Made by a program: the position numbers and the translations under genes
In this document: positions 47,101 through 56,600 of the stretch, one piece after another
Numbering within the stretch: the first letter of the stretch is position 1
How the letters are laid out: each line of letters opens with the position of its first letter
The notes under the pieces: model-generated
Told to the model about the DNA's origin: nothing
Databases searched by the model: none
Seen by the model: the letters and a program-made list of their open reading frames with translations, nothing else
Origin: Schmidtea polychroa
Lineage: Eukaryota
Length of the DNA: 64,000 bases
Reading direction: 5' to 3'
Assembly: GCA_044892525.1 (NCBI GenBank)
Contig: CM097886.1
Coordinates: 97,526,001-97,590,000, forward strand

Positions 47101-47290
47101 TTCAATCAAAGAAAATGCTGAAATGAGTTCCACAAAATTTACTGTTCCTGCCTCCAATTTAAACAAGCATCAAAAATAAAAGAAGTGTCAATATTTTTAA
47201 AATTCATTGGCCATTTTCGGAATGGTGGAGGAAATGCAATGCCTGATCCGTTCATTATTGAAGCAGGCCATGAATATCTTTTCGTGATAA
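33798..47290 (-). CDS. Divergent semaphorin-like gene, paralog B (multi-exon; Sema-PSI-Ig-hydrophobic C-terminus)
   Basis: Exon-by-exon homology with paralog A, with identical exon lengths and phases (83 nt, 89 nt); PSI CPSYHKCIDCASDPICMWDVSTASC; terminal exon SPWEGVSIFFIIVSICMCIGIIIQFFKL*; some exon sequence may fall in N gaps. Confidence 0.8.
35720..36105 (-). mobile_element. Penelope-like 3' fragment with hammerhead-like motif
   Basis: LLIKSLDPKINVENAVNTCVLIV homologous to 43370-43437; CTGATGA-T-GACAGGAAAACTGCC-GAAA-TATATC at 35760-35799. Confidence 0.8.
36240..36856 (-). CDS. Semaphorin-like B exon group
   Basis: 83-nt exon 36774-36856, then SGTLYRVVLCDFD..WYNWCIFRHTDQPYLYR..NRDPHLDIVKDVLKQ. 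Confidence 0.8.
36548..36591. repeat. (TA)n microsatellite
   Basis: Direct inspection. Confidence 0.95.
37120..37560 (+). mobile_element. Gypsy pol (post-protease/pre-RT) remnant with an internal inversion
   Basis: KVIGGIDFLRKFDIML..FESIFMKYKWDVGNT; the expected continuation KHE(L)I appears on the opposite strand beyond a 47-bp palindrome. Confidence 0.6.
37670..37742. repeat. (ATT)n microsatellite (others at ~525-555, 38845-38932, 44105-44185)
   Basis: Direct inspection. Confidence 0.95.
37763..38760 (-). CDS. Semaphorin-like B exon group (central Sema domain)
   Basis: IGVFNSPG..GALCQLQ | 55-nt intron 38288-38342 | INSNMFHETGS..WPNELPNRVTSMTSAICQYSAVE; 89-nt exon 37763-37851. Confidence 0.8.
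40093..41590 (+). mobile_element. Apparently intact IS630/Tc1/mariner-superfamily DNA transposon
   Basis: 107-bp TIRs (40093-40199, 41484-41590; 1 mismatch seen), each with an internal caatcaatttagacaat repeat; TA on both flanks; single ORF. Confidence 0.95.
40233..41447 (+). CDS. IS630/Tc1-like DDE transposase (404 aa)
   Basis: HTH region; FVDEVGF; IIDNARIHH; YLPPPPPPYSPFLNIIE (38 residues between second D and E, 34 if the run were PP). Confidence 0.95.
   Translation: MSTFPLHLILMNNNEETAVNDVNDRHINNNVIDTNEPSSPGVNAVRDESNNASVELETTISVDSRVKKYDTIDQHARERVISLYSQNITISSISEMVAIKRTSVYNIVKRWESEGRITPLKRGGDKRSKLTPSEKQTIKEWVDENPILTLKNLVEMTINNIGKNVSIHTIDRCLRNFNYTLKCVRLSPVKRNDPTTLEKRRIYAERFLSMLLNNDDKAFVFVDEVGFQVCTRVKRGRSLVGTSVIVNTPATRSRNISVIAAVSKYGTLKYDINPGPINGEKFLSYMVELNNLSINKRITDPIFIIDNARIHHCARFISICEAENIKVVYLPPPPPPYSPFLNIIENCFSKWKNHVLRGNANNENELNDLIMAGFDILTSEDCGGYFRRMLTYIERSRNMELIYE
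41615..43918 (+). mobile_element. Near-complete, 5'-truncated Penelope-like retroelement bounded by 36-bp inverted repeats
   Basis: RT + GIY-YIG ORF, AT-rich 3' region, hammerhead motif at 43673-43713; 41615-41650 is the exact reverse complement of 43883-43918. Confidence 0.95.
41746..43437 (+). pseudogene. Penelope-like RT / GIY-YIG endonuclease ORF with one nonsense mutation
   Basis: VSFDVCSLFTNVP; YQQIDGVAMGSPLAP; YKRYVDDIF; LAFLDL; IYRKPTDTG; VYQFTCNGCNATYIGETSRHLCI*AREH (TGA 43216-43218); ICEALLIKSLNTKINVQ. Confidence 0.95.
44000..44697 (-). CDS. Semaphorin-like B exon group
   Basis: ORF 44320..44697; GDVNFIDVVRETDTHLYFFGHEINNQ; FMLRICKSDPGFKYVP. Confidence 0.8.
44782..44950 (-). repeat. 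LTR fragment related to 28468-28650
   Basis: Shared tctgactcc.cgtgtcc, acccaacgtatattgaa, tttgaccgat.ctccgctcgg.gttgatg; begins with TGTTG. Confidence 0.7.
45542..46065. mobile_element. Putative hAT-like MITE
   Basis: ggttaccaactc / gagttggtaacc inverted termini with ttcggg subterminal repeats; TSD not confirmed. Confidence 0.5.
46925..47290 (-). CDS. Semaphorin-like B 5' exon group
   Basis: FDACLNWRQEQ and YHTPSGDW..VCGTFGS; runs into the N gap at 46923. Confidence 0.75.
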
Positions 47291-49739
47291 TGTGGATCAA
47301 CTTAAATAATCCAGAGTCATTTATAATGATTTATATATAAATATATGTTACAAAATATTATTTGAAAGCAATCACACATGTAATATTAAATAGAGAAAAA
47401 TCACAACGAAGGCGTGTGGGTTCTAGTGTTTTAGGAAGGCTTGGGAATTTATTCTGAAAAGAGACTCTCAGATGCTCTTGCAATTTGATCATCTTCATAG
47501 TTTATAAAGAGAAAAGAAAATTCAAAAAGAGCACTGATGAGGAAGATAAGTATTTTACGGAAAATCTTTTTTGAGTGGATATAAATCTGAAATACTAAAA
47601 TTAGGTTTAAGGTTTTATAAAATGAATAAATTTAATTTCTGAGCCTGAATATGTTCTTTTTAATCCATAATAAATTGTAATGCCGTGCGTATAATATAGT
47701 TAGTGTTCTAAAGAAAATCTCCCTAAAAAAGTAAATTCCTGACCAGTGAACCGAATCTGTGTTATATATTTAGCATTAAAGGTTTCCTAGGCTGCCAATC
47801 CTTAGTTATCTATATTCTTTAATAACTACAGACTTTGTCATTTAACTATTTAAAAGAAATTCATTTATTTATTAAATAGTAATAAAACATAATTTCATAG
47901 CATTCAATATACTCGGTGTGATTTCTATTGGACACTCATTTATTTATTCTTGTTTTGATTGGTTTACTTAATATTATCCGCAAGAAGGCAAGTTTTGAGA
48001 ATTCTCGCGCTAGAGCACAATCCATATCGCTGTTTCTCATTCGATTGGTGGAATACAGATAATTTTCATCGGTGAGATTATTGTTTGGTTCACTATAGCT
48101 TGAAATTTTGCTTTTCTATATTTATTGCTCAAGAGTTCTTCATTTTATTGTTTTCCTTTTTACTTGACATAACCCTCCACAGTCTGTCTTGATTGAAATA
48201 ATCTCCTGCTCTTCTCATAATAATATGCGTTTCCTATACGTTTGCTCTTAACTTTCCGTTTGTTTCAGAAAAAGAATCCAGACATCGCGGATATCTACTT
48301 TTATTTCGGTGAATTATTATTTCAGTTCATCATTCCAATGCCTTCAACTTGTCATTGAAAGGTTTTCTGAACCATATTTGTATGGCCAAAGATGCAGAAG
48401 TACACAATAAAATGATTATAACAAAAATAAAGAGATATTACAATCACATTTTACTGATGAGCTAGTCCAAAGGTATCAATTGCATTTATGTGAGAAAGAT
48501 TTGGCATAAAAACGGAACAAAATTGTCTTTTGTAGCAAAAGGGTTGAATGTTTCTAAGCCAGTGTTTCACAAACCCTTTAGCCCCGCCATCTTTTTAACG
48601 TAACAATTAAAAAAATTAACACTTCAGCCCATTGGAAATTGTGTTGCAGCTGTGAAGTTCCTAAGTGAAACCTTCAATGAAATATTACAACTCTAGTGTG
48701 CATAGCAAGATTATGTAAGCTTTGGCTGTCCTGTTGATGTGAATATTGAAATTTAGCCACAGAAGCTTGAAAAATATTAATTCCTTGTGCTATGCCTTAC
48801 CTAAATGAAAAGGAGAGTTATAAATATAGGAATCATTTCATGTCGCATGGAAATAACTTACATTTGTATTTTTCTAATGTCGAGCCGCACTTAGACACAT
48901 TTTTAAATGAAGAACAAATTCAGTCATAATAATAATAAATAGGGGACTTTAGATTGTGGATTCAAAATAAATTCCTTCATAGAAATGTATTTATAACAAT
49001 TTTATCTTTTAATATGTTCTCATTTTCTCAAAATCTTTTCTATATTTTTATTCAGAGATTTCAGTTTGAGNNNNNNNNNNNNNNNNNNNNNNNNNNNNNN
49101 NNNNNNNNNNNNNNNNNNNNNNNNNNNNNNNNNNNNNNNNNNNNNNNNNNNNNNNNNNNNNNNNNNNNNNNNNNNNNNNNNNNNNNNNNNNNNNNNNNNA
49201 TCTTACATTTTCACCTTCACTCTTGTAGGCCGATAAACTGTTTCTGAAATAGATAAATGATTAGTAAACATGTCGAATTACGTATTTCACTTTCCGCCGA
49301 CATATACCACGCCATTTAATTCCTTGATCATTGAAAATCCCAAAACTGAATCAACCACAAGGTCGTATGCCAACAAATATAAAGAAAATCGAAAACCAGA
49401 AATATCCATTGTTTAAATGAATCGGGTTGAAATACAAACAACAAAACGAAAATAAATCTCATTAAATACAGAACTGGCCACTACGAATGCCGACGTCACG
49501 AAAATGTCATGGAAAATGCAAATTCGTTTGAAAAATTTCTCTGGCATCTCTATGTGAGCCATGCAAAACTGATAAAATTATTTTTATAAGAGAATTATTT
49601 TTAAAATATATTAAAAGTAATTATTATTACAAATATTTTGCATTATTTTTATCAATTATAACACTTGATTAAGGCAAGGCCGACACTTTTTGTTATGTAG
49701 AATCATAATTTTAATCTTTTATTAGAATGAAAATATATG

Positions 49740-50760
49740 AAATATCATTTGTTATGGCAACAGCGGCATCATCAATCAATCCAACGAATCCATCATTTGG
49801 TTAAATTGGTTGGTAAATTGCTTCAAGTCCTACTTGCAGGCTTTCAAACATGAATTGAAAATCTTCTTGTCTTTCATTTGTGCACATTGAAATTCCAAAT
49901 GGATACACTTTATCCATGTCACTGGTCACGCAATGGTCAGGAAAATTATTCCAAATTAGTTTGTAAGTGCTGTCTGCTTGGATGAACTTTGCTGTTGATG
50001 AGATTGATAACAAGCGCCTAGTTGTGACATAAAATCGGAATGATTCTCTCTATTGGGATGTTGAATTTGCTGAAAATGTTTGCTGTTCATCATCATTATC
50101 TATTTTTAGTTGATAAAGAATGAATGGAGAATCTAAGTCTTCTGGAATGGGTGCATTTTTCTCGAGAAGAGTGACTGACTCACCAAAAATTAGTGATTTT
50201 GAATTTGACACTTAAAGTTTGAAGTTAAAAAGTTGTCTATCTTTGGAATTTCAATGTCAGCATGTAAAAGCTTCTCTTTAAACAAATTCTGGCTGATGAA
50301 CTTTGGCTTCTTAACTCCAAGTTGTTACAGCTTTTTGATGGCTTCCTCTGTTGCTGGATTAATCCTTCTTTCGGTTTGATTTTCTAAGATTTCATCATGA
50401 TTGTGATTGCAGGTGGTTTCAAAGTGGACAACACCATAATCGTCACTATTGTATTGAAGTTTCATGACTTGACTACATTGTGGTCCTCTTTTCCTGACAA
50501 GATTGCAACGGTACATCTTTTTGCGTCCATCTCTGGTGTCATATGCTTTATCAAATGACCAAAGTTTGTTTCTTAAGAGCCATTCGACTGCTTGATCTCT
50601 ATTTTAAAATATCTGAATTGCATCCCAAATTTTAAACAATTTGGTTTTTTGGCAACAGGTTCAGTGTCTGAATCTGAAATATCTTCATCAGAATGGTATT
50701 GGTCCAATTCCTGGAATTCATTGCTGTTGTTCATTTTATAATAGTTAAAATAGTTATACA
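49740..50760 (-). pseudogene. MULE (Mutator-like) transposase pseudogene
   Basis: YRCNLVRKRGPQC..HNH, then IQADSTYKLIWNNFP..PFGISMCTNERQEDFQFMFESL (MULE domain pattern); frameshifted. Confidence 0.8.
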
Positions 50761-51829
50761 ATAGTTAAAACAAGTTTGAAAGTAATAATTAATATTAAAA
50801 TTGATTTTTGTTTTTAAATTAAATTTAATTCTCTTTGACAATTAATTTATCTACTCTATTAAATTTTTTTCGAGTTAATTAAATTAATTTATGTGCCCAA
50901 TAAATAAATTCATAAGCACATCAATTTCTTGATGTCAAATAAATAATTAATTATTACATATTATAAACCCACGGGCACAATCTAGTAATTAATTAGCACA
51001 GTAATGTTTTTTTGAGCACATTTAATAATAACCCTTTTTTATTACATATTATTTTATTTAAAATTTAAAATTTTTATCATAAACTATTTTACGCAGTGTG
51101 TTATAGGTGTAAGTAAATTGTTTTTAAACATATATTTTTTTTGCGTGCCCCAAAATTTTGAAATCGTTTAAAGTGTGTCGCAACAAAAAAAGGTTGAGAG
51201 TCACTGATATAGCAGGTATGAATTCGATTATTTATCGATTATTATAATATTTTTTAATCTAAATTGTTATGTGTTTTGTTTGTATGCAAGCATACTTGTG
51301 GTTGAACGGACAATAGGTTTTTTTGATATGGAATATATTTGAAAATATTGAACATCAAATGAAAATAGTCATTTAACGATAAATCAAATGTTGCACTAGA
51401 ACTGATTTCTAGACCCAAAAACTCTAATTTGTGACTAAGGTGCGTGGGTACATAGCACGCAAATAGCAATAAGTTCAGTTAAATATAAAAAATACATCAA
51501 ATAAACAATATTAATTAAGAGGAAAAACAACAAAAATTTAAACACAGAAATTAAATAAAATGATATCAATGCAAGAAGTAGTGCAAGAAACTAACTCAAA
51601 AATAGCAAAGAAACACAAAATTACAAAAAACAGACTCGAGTAGCTCAGAAAGATGGTAAAACATTAAAAATTCTAGAAAAATCCCAGAACATTTCATAAG
51701 AATGGCGACAACCATCATAAAAGCCACATAGATCAATAAAAGTTAACAAAAATAAATAAATTAGTTATAAAAATAAAAATTTGAAAAAAGAAATTAAGAA
51801 AACATCATTGAAATAAAAATTAATTTAAA

Positions 51830-52110
51830 ATTAATATGGAATGTTCTGGAATCGTATGCAGTACACAATTAAAGTCATCACTAAAAATTTTATACACTAC
51901 TTCACACTAGGATCATAATTGAGTAGATCTCAGACCCAAACTGAACACAATCTTACAATTCAGTAATGTAGTCGGTTGAACATCATTAAGGAACTCAGTT
52001 ATACCTATACATTTGTCGAACCTCATTGAATAATAAAATTTTAGTATCAGCGTAAAGATCTTTCTCAGAATTAACCGTATTAATCCTCATAAAGAAGTTC
52101 GACAAGCGTA
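51830..52110 (-). mobile_element. Possible heavily decayed LINE (CR1/L2-like) RT 3' remnant
   Basis: VNSEKDL and YCI..Q-type residues only; many stops. Confidence 0.3.
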
Positions 52111-52952
52111 AATAATAAAATGAAAAGACTTAATTAATTATAAACTCATAGAGGTCAAATTATGCCCATACATCATGGTTAGAATATCGTCCGAAAATCC
52201 CCTAAGTCAACCATAAAATAGAGGTTCATATCGTAGAATATGATTTTTTGTCTGGGAGGAATAGTTCATAAATGTCTAATGATATTAAATTATGAAATAC
52301 GACCTTATAGTACCCTTAGAATACCAGTCTGTGAATGTGTGATATACCTAAATTAGACGATATAACTTTGAATTATACGTAAAACTATAATTTCTCAATG
52401 TATAATATCCCCAACTCATAAAATATAACGTAGTATTGTGCTTAAATATGCCTTAAATATGCCTAAACTATATAACTTAATTCATAAATGTGTAATCTTC
52501 CTGAATTATCAAATATAAATTTTTTTTAAAAAAGTGTACTTAAAATCGTAATTTATAAATATTAAATTAGAAAATATAACTTTATATTATACTTAAAAAT
52601 ATAATTTATAAATTCGTAATATTCCTAAAGTATAGGAAATAATTGTATAAGTAGTGTGGTTATATACCCAACCAAAACAGCCCCCCAACAAAAACATGCC
52701 TCCAAATCACTTAAGCTATTAGAAAAACAACCTAAAACTTATACTTTTATAGTATTTTAACCCTATATTTTGAAAACAACCACCCTTAATGACTCTAACT
52801 GTTTTAATCTTTAAAGCCTCAAACTCAAAAGCTTCAAACTAAAAAGAGAATAGAAAAGAAAATGGCATTATGAAAAAGTTAGAGGGCTATTTGATCTTTA
52901 TCAGATTATTGATTTTAAATTATATAAATTAAAAAATAAATGAAAAATAGTA

Positions 52953-53340
52953 AAACTGCTCTGAGGGGACAGTGGTATTTTTTTTTTTCACTGTCCCCTC
53001 AACAGTTTTTTTTGATCCGGATCATTTTTTTTATTTATTAACCTCTTTCGTTTATCGAATCTCTTCCAATATACAAGCTGGCCAGACTCATACATCAGAA
53101 TCAATCCGATAATAGCAGCACACCTTATTATTCGCTTCTCGCTCGAATACGATTTCATCGGCGTTTTAAGTGTGCTGCTCGAAAGTACAAATGAATTCGA
53201 AAGCGAATTCGAAAGAGGTCCGAAAACAGCTGAGAAATAAATGTGCACATTACCGGGATCGATCCGGGGGTGTTCGAAAGACAGGTGGCGATAATTACCG
53301 GTTCGCCACCATCACCCGTTTCAATATTTTTTTTTTCATA
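52953..53340. other. Cluster of GC-rich hairpins/palindromes in the Polinton left non-coding arm
   Basis: tgaggggacagtg/cactgtcccctca (13-bp stem); tgatccggatca palindrome; agcagcacac/gtgtgctgct; ggtggcga/tcgccacc; repeated (T)CGAAA; T-run at ~53328. Confidence 0.7.
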
Positions 53341-53481
53341 TTTATGTTTAAAAAATAATTAATTAATAAAAAAATAAAATAAATAAAATAAATAAAATAA
53401 AATATACAAGTACTTTATAAATATAAGATACCCACACTATTTTCAATATTATTTTCAAATTTTTAATATTATTTTATGTTG

Positions 53482-53563
53482 AAAAAAAACTAACCTCAGA
53501 TGTGATTTGAACCACTATCCATTTGAACCACTGTGCCAGTCTAGCCCACTGCGCTATCTAGGA
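53482..53563 (-). ncRNA. tRNA-derived Pol III unit (A box, duplicated B box, oligo-T terminator); not a functional tRNA
   Basis: Minus strand TCCTAGA-TAGCGCAGTGG-GCTAGACTGGCAC-AGTGGTTCAAAT-GGAT-AGTGGTTCAAAT-CACA-TCTGAGG-TTAG-TTTTTTTT; acceptor-like stem TCCTAGA/TCTGAGG; no anticodon stem. Confidence 0.6.
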
Positions 53564-53629
53564 TTGGATTTTTGTCATTTTTTAAATTTTTATTATAAAA
53601 AATGAATAATATAAATCTTAAAAAATAAA

Positions 53630-56600
53630 ATGAAAACAGGATATCCAATAAAAAATTTTTTTCTAAAAATGAATTGTAATATTTGCAATAAAGTTTTTAA
53701 AAATAAAACTGGATTAATTTCTCACTTAAAATCGAAAGCTCATTTATTAAAAGAAAATAATCTTAATGATACAAATTCAAAACTTTGTCTTAAATGTAAA
53801 GGAAGATTTCTACATTCTGGATATAATAAACATTTTGAAAATTGTATCGGGAAAAATAGAGAAATATTTACATGTCCTCATTGTAACTTTTCAACAAAAC
53901 TAAATTTCTATTATTTAGAACATATAAAAGAATGTAAAAATAAAAAACAAAATTCTGACGATGAGGAATGTCATTCAGAAGGAGAACCTGATCATGTTGA
54001 AAGAGAAAAATATAACTGGGATAATTTTAATCATATAGATGAATTTCAATTAAAAATTAATGGGCCTGCAACTCCTGGAGAATATATAAATAAAAATAAA
54101 AAAAATATTAAAAATTCTTTCACTGAAGCTTTAAAAAATTATAAACCGACAAGGTATAATGTTATAAAATATAAAATTATAATCAAAGCAAAATACTGGC
54201 GAGGAGCAGAAGAAAAGACAACACCCTTAGATGTTGAAATTGGAATACCTTTTAAATATTTATTTTCAATTAAAGGATTTGATAAAACCATCAAAGAAAT
54301 AATTAAAGCAGCAGAAGCAAAACAAGAGGAAGTAGAAAATGAATTAGGAGATTCAAACTTAGTATTCAACTCTTTCCAAACGTTAGTGATTGATTATTGG
54401 AGAGGATTACCACCCAATCCTAAATCTTATATTCCTACACCCTTTACATCTAAAAATGTTATAAATGTACAGAATAATGATAACAAATGTTTCATCTGGT
54501 CAATACTTGCACATTTACATCCTCAAGCAACAAATCCCCAAAGAGTTTCAAAATACAAACAATATGAAAATGAATTAATATTTCCCAAAGGATTCAAACA
54601 CCCAATGAAACTAGAAGACATTCCAGAATTTGAAAAATTAAATAATCTTAAACTTAATTTTTATGAACATGTTATAGGGAAAGAAATTATTCCAATTTAT
54701 ATTTCAGATAGTGGAACCAAGGATAACGGAGCACAGGACAACGAGATATATCTTTTAATCTTGGAACAAGAAAATAATCAACATTATGTTTTAATAAAAA
54801 ACTTTCAAGCTTTTACATCTCCAGAGAATCCAACTAGTGGAGGAGGAACATGTAAAAGATGTCTTCATTATTCAACAACTAAAACCTCTATGATTAAACA
54901 TACAAGATTTTGTGAAAAAGATGATCCAGCTTTAATTAAAATGCCTAATAATCCCAAGATGTATTTTAAAAACTTTTCAAATTTACTACAAACAGTTGGA
55001 GTTCTTTATGGTGACTTTGAATCTATAAACCATAAACAAGATTTGGTTTATCAATATTTAAAAATAATAGAAAAAAATAAACTCATGGATTTATGGAACT
55101 CCTCAGGAGAGAAGATGAAACCAGAGAGGATGAAAGCCTTTCTAAGAAAAAGAAATAAACCTAATAGTGTTAAAAAAACTAAACAATTACCATCTGCTTA
55201 TAAAATATTATTTAAAAGTAATTATCCTGAACTCATAGAATCTAGAGAATATTCAATTCTAGGAGGTACCCCTGAAGAAGTCTTGAATCATTTTACTAAA
55301 AATATAAATGATCTAGAACATGAAATATTTAAAATATTAAAAACAAAGTATCCTCAAAATATTTCTAATCAACAACAACAAGAATATGAAAATACTTCCA
55401 ACTGTTGGATGTGTAAACAGAATATTCTTCCTGATGAAAAAGTTATAGATCATGATCATTTAAAAAAGGAAAATAATTATCGAGGAGCAGCTCATAAAAA
55501 TTGCAATCTTAATTGCCATACTCCTAAATTTATACCTGTTATATTTCATAATCTTTTTGGATATGACATACATCTATTTATTAAACACCTCGCAGCAAAT
55601 GCTAAAAACTCTTTCAAAGTTATCGGCTTAACAAAGGAAAAATATAAATCAATTGAATATGGAAAATTAAAATTTATAGACTCGTTAAACTTTCTCCAAA
55701 TGTCTTTAGATGCAGTAGCAAAAACAATGAAACCAGAAAATTTTAAAATCACTCGAGAATTCTTGGAAAAAAATAATATTCCTCTAGAAGAATATCCTAC
55801 ATGTTTAGCAAAAGGAATATATCCTTATGACTATGTTGACTCGTTTGAAAGATATAATGAAACAAGTCTTCCTAGCCAAGAAGATTTCTATTCACAACTT
55901 CAAAAAAATCATATTACAAATCAAGAATATTCTCGAGCAAATAAAATGTGGGAATTATTCAAGTGTAAAACTTTAGGAGAATATACAAGTATGTATTTAT
56001 CCTTGGATGTTTATATTCTAGCAGATTGCTTTGAAGAATTTACAAAATCTTTTGTTCTTAAACCTTATAATTATATAACTGCACCCTCTTTAGCTTGGGA
56101 TACTATGTTATATACCATTTGGACTTCAAATATAGAAGAAGGTGATAAAATTATAGATCTTTTAACTAACCTCGATATGTTTAACCAAATTAAAACAAAC
56201 ATTAGAGGAGGAGTCTCTTCAGTAATGGGGAATAGAGAAATAAAAGCTAGAAATGCAATAACTACTAGCCGAAGACTATCTAAACACCCTGATGATCCAT
56301 ATATGAAAATTAACAATGAGGAATTAAAAGAATTATTAGAAACAATGAAAAATCCTATATTTATACTTTATATAGATGCAACAGCTTTATATTCAGGAAT
56401 TATGACTCAATTTTTACCAATGGGTGATTTCACTGAAATAGAGAACCCAACAGATGACCTTATGAAAGAAATACTTTCAACATCGAAAGATTCTCCAATA
56501 GGTTACTTTATAGAATGCGACCTCGACTATCCAGATGATATAAAATCAGGAACAAGATATTTTCCTTTAGCTCCCATAAGAAGAAAGATTGATATCAACG

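Larger units (their letters stand above)
27140..49199. other. Seven assembly gaps (27140-27272, 31043-31240, 33329-33705, 36949-37084, 45316-45485, 46446-46923, 49071-49199)
   Basis: Runs of N; ORFs spanning them are artefacts. Confidence 0.95.

Noticed and set aside
27040-49247. ORFs containing long X runs
   Set aside because: Artefacts of reading through N gaps
50965-50990. Helitron 3' end (cccacggg..CTAGT)
   Set aside because: Very short hairpin; no matching 5' end or Rep/helicase remnant found
48560-51206. Single hAT element from cagtgtttcacaaacc (48560) to ggttgagagtcactg (51206)
   Set aside because: Ends match only partly and the flanking 8-mers (ttctaagc / atatagca) are not a TSD; probably unrelated fragments
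53040-53110. Hammerhead ribozyme in the Polinton arm (minus-strand CTGATG...CGAAA)
   Set aside because: Core reads CTGATGTA, not CTGANGA, and no stem II/III geometry fits
52988-53358. ORFs 52988..53248 and 53170..53358 as viral genes
   Set aside because: Short, overlapping on opposite strands, no motifs; explained by the GC-rich hairpin island
53482-53563. Functional tRNA gene
   Set aside because: D-stem does not pair, there is no anticodon stem-loop and the T-stem lacks a base; kept only as a tRNA-derived Pol III unit
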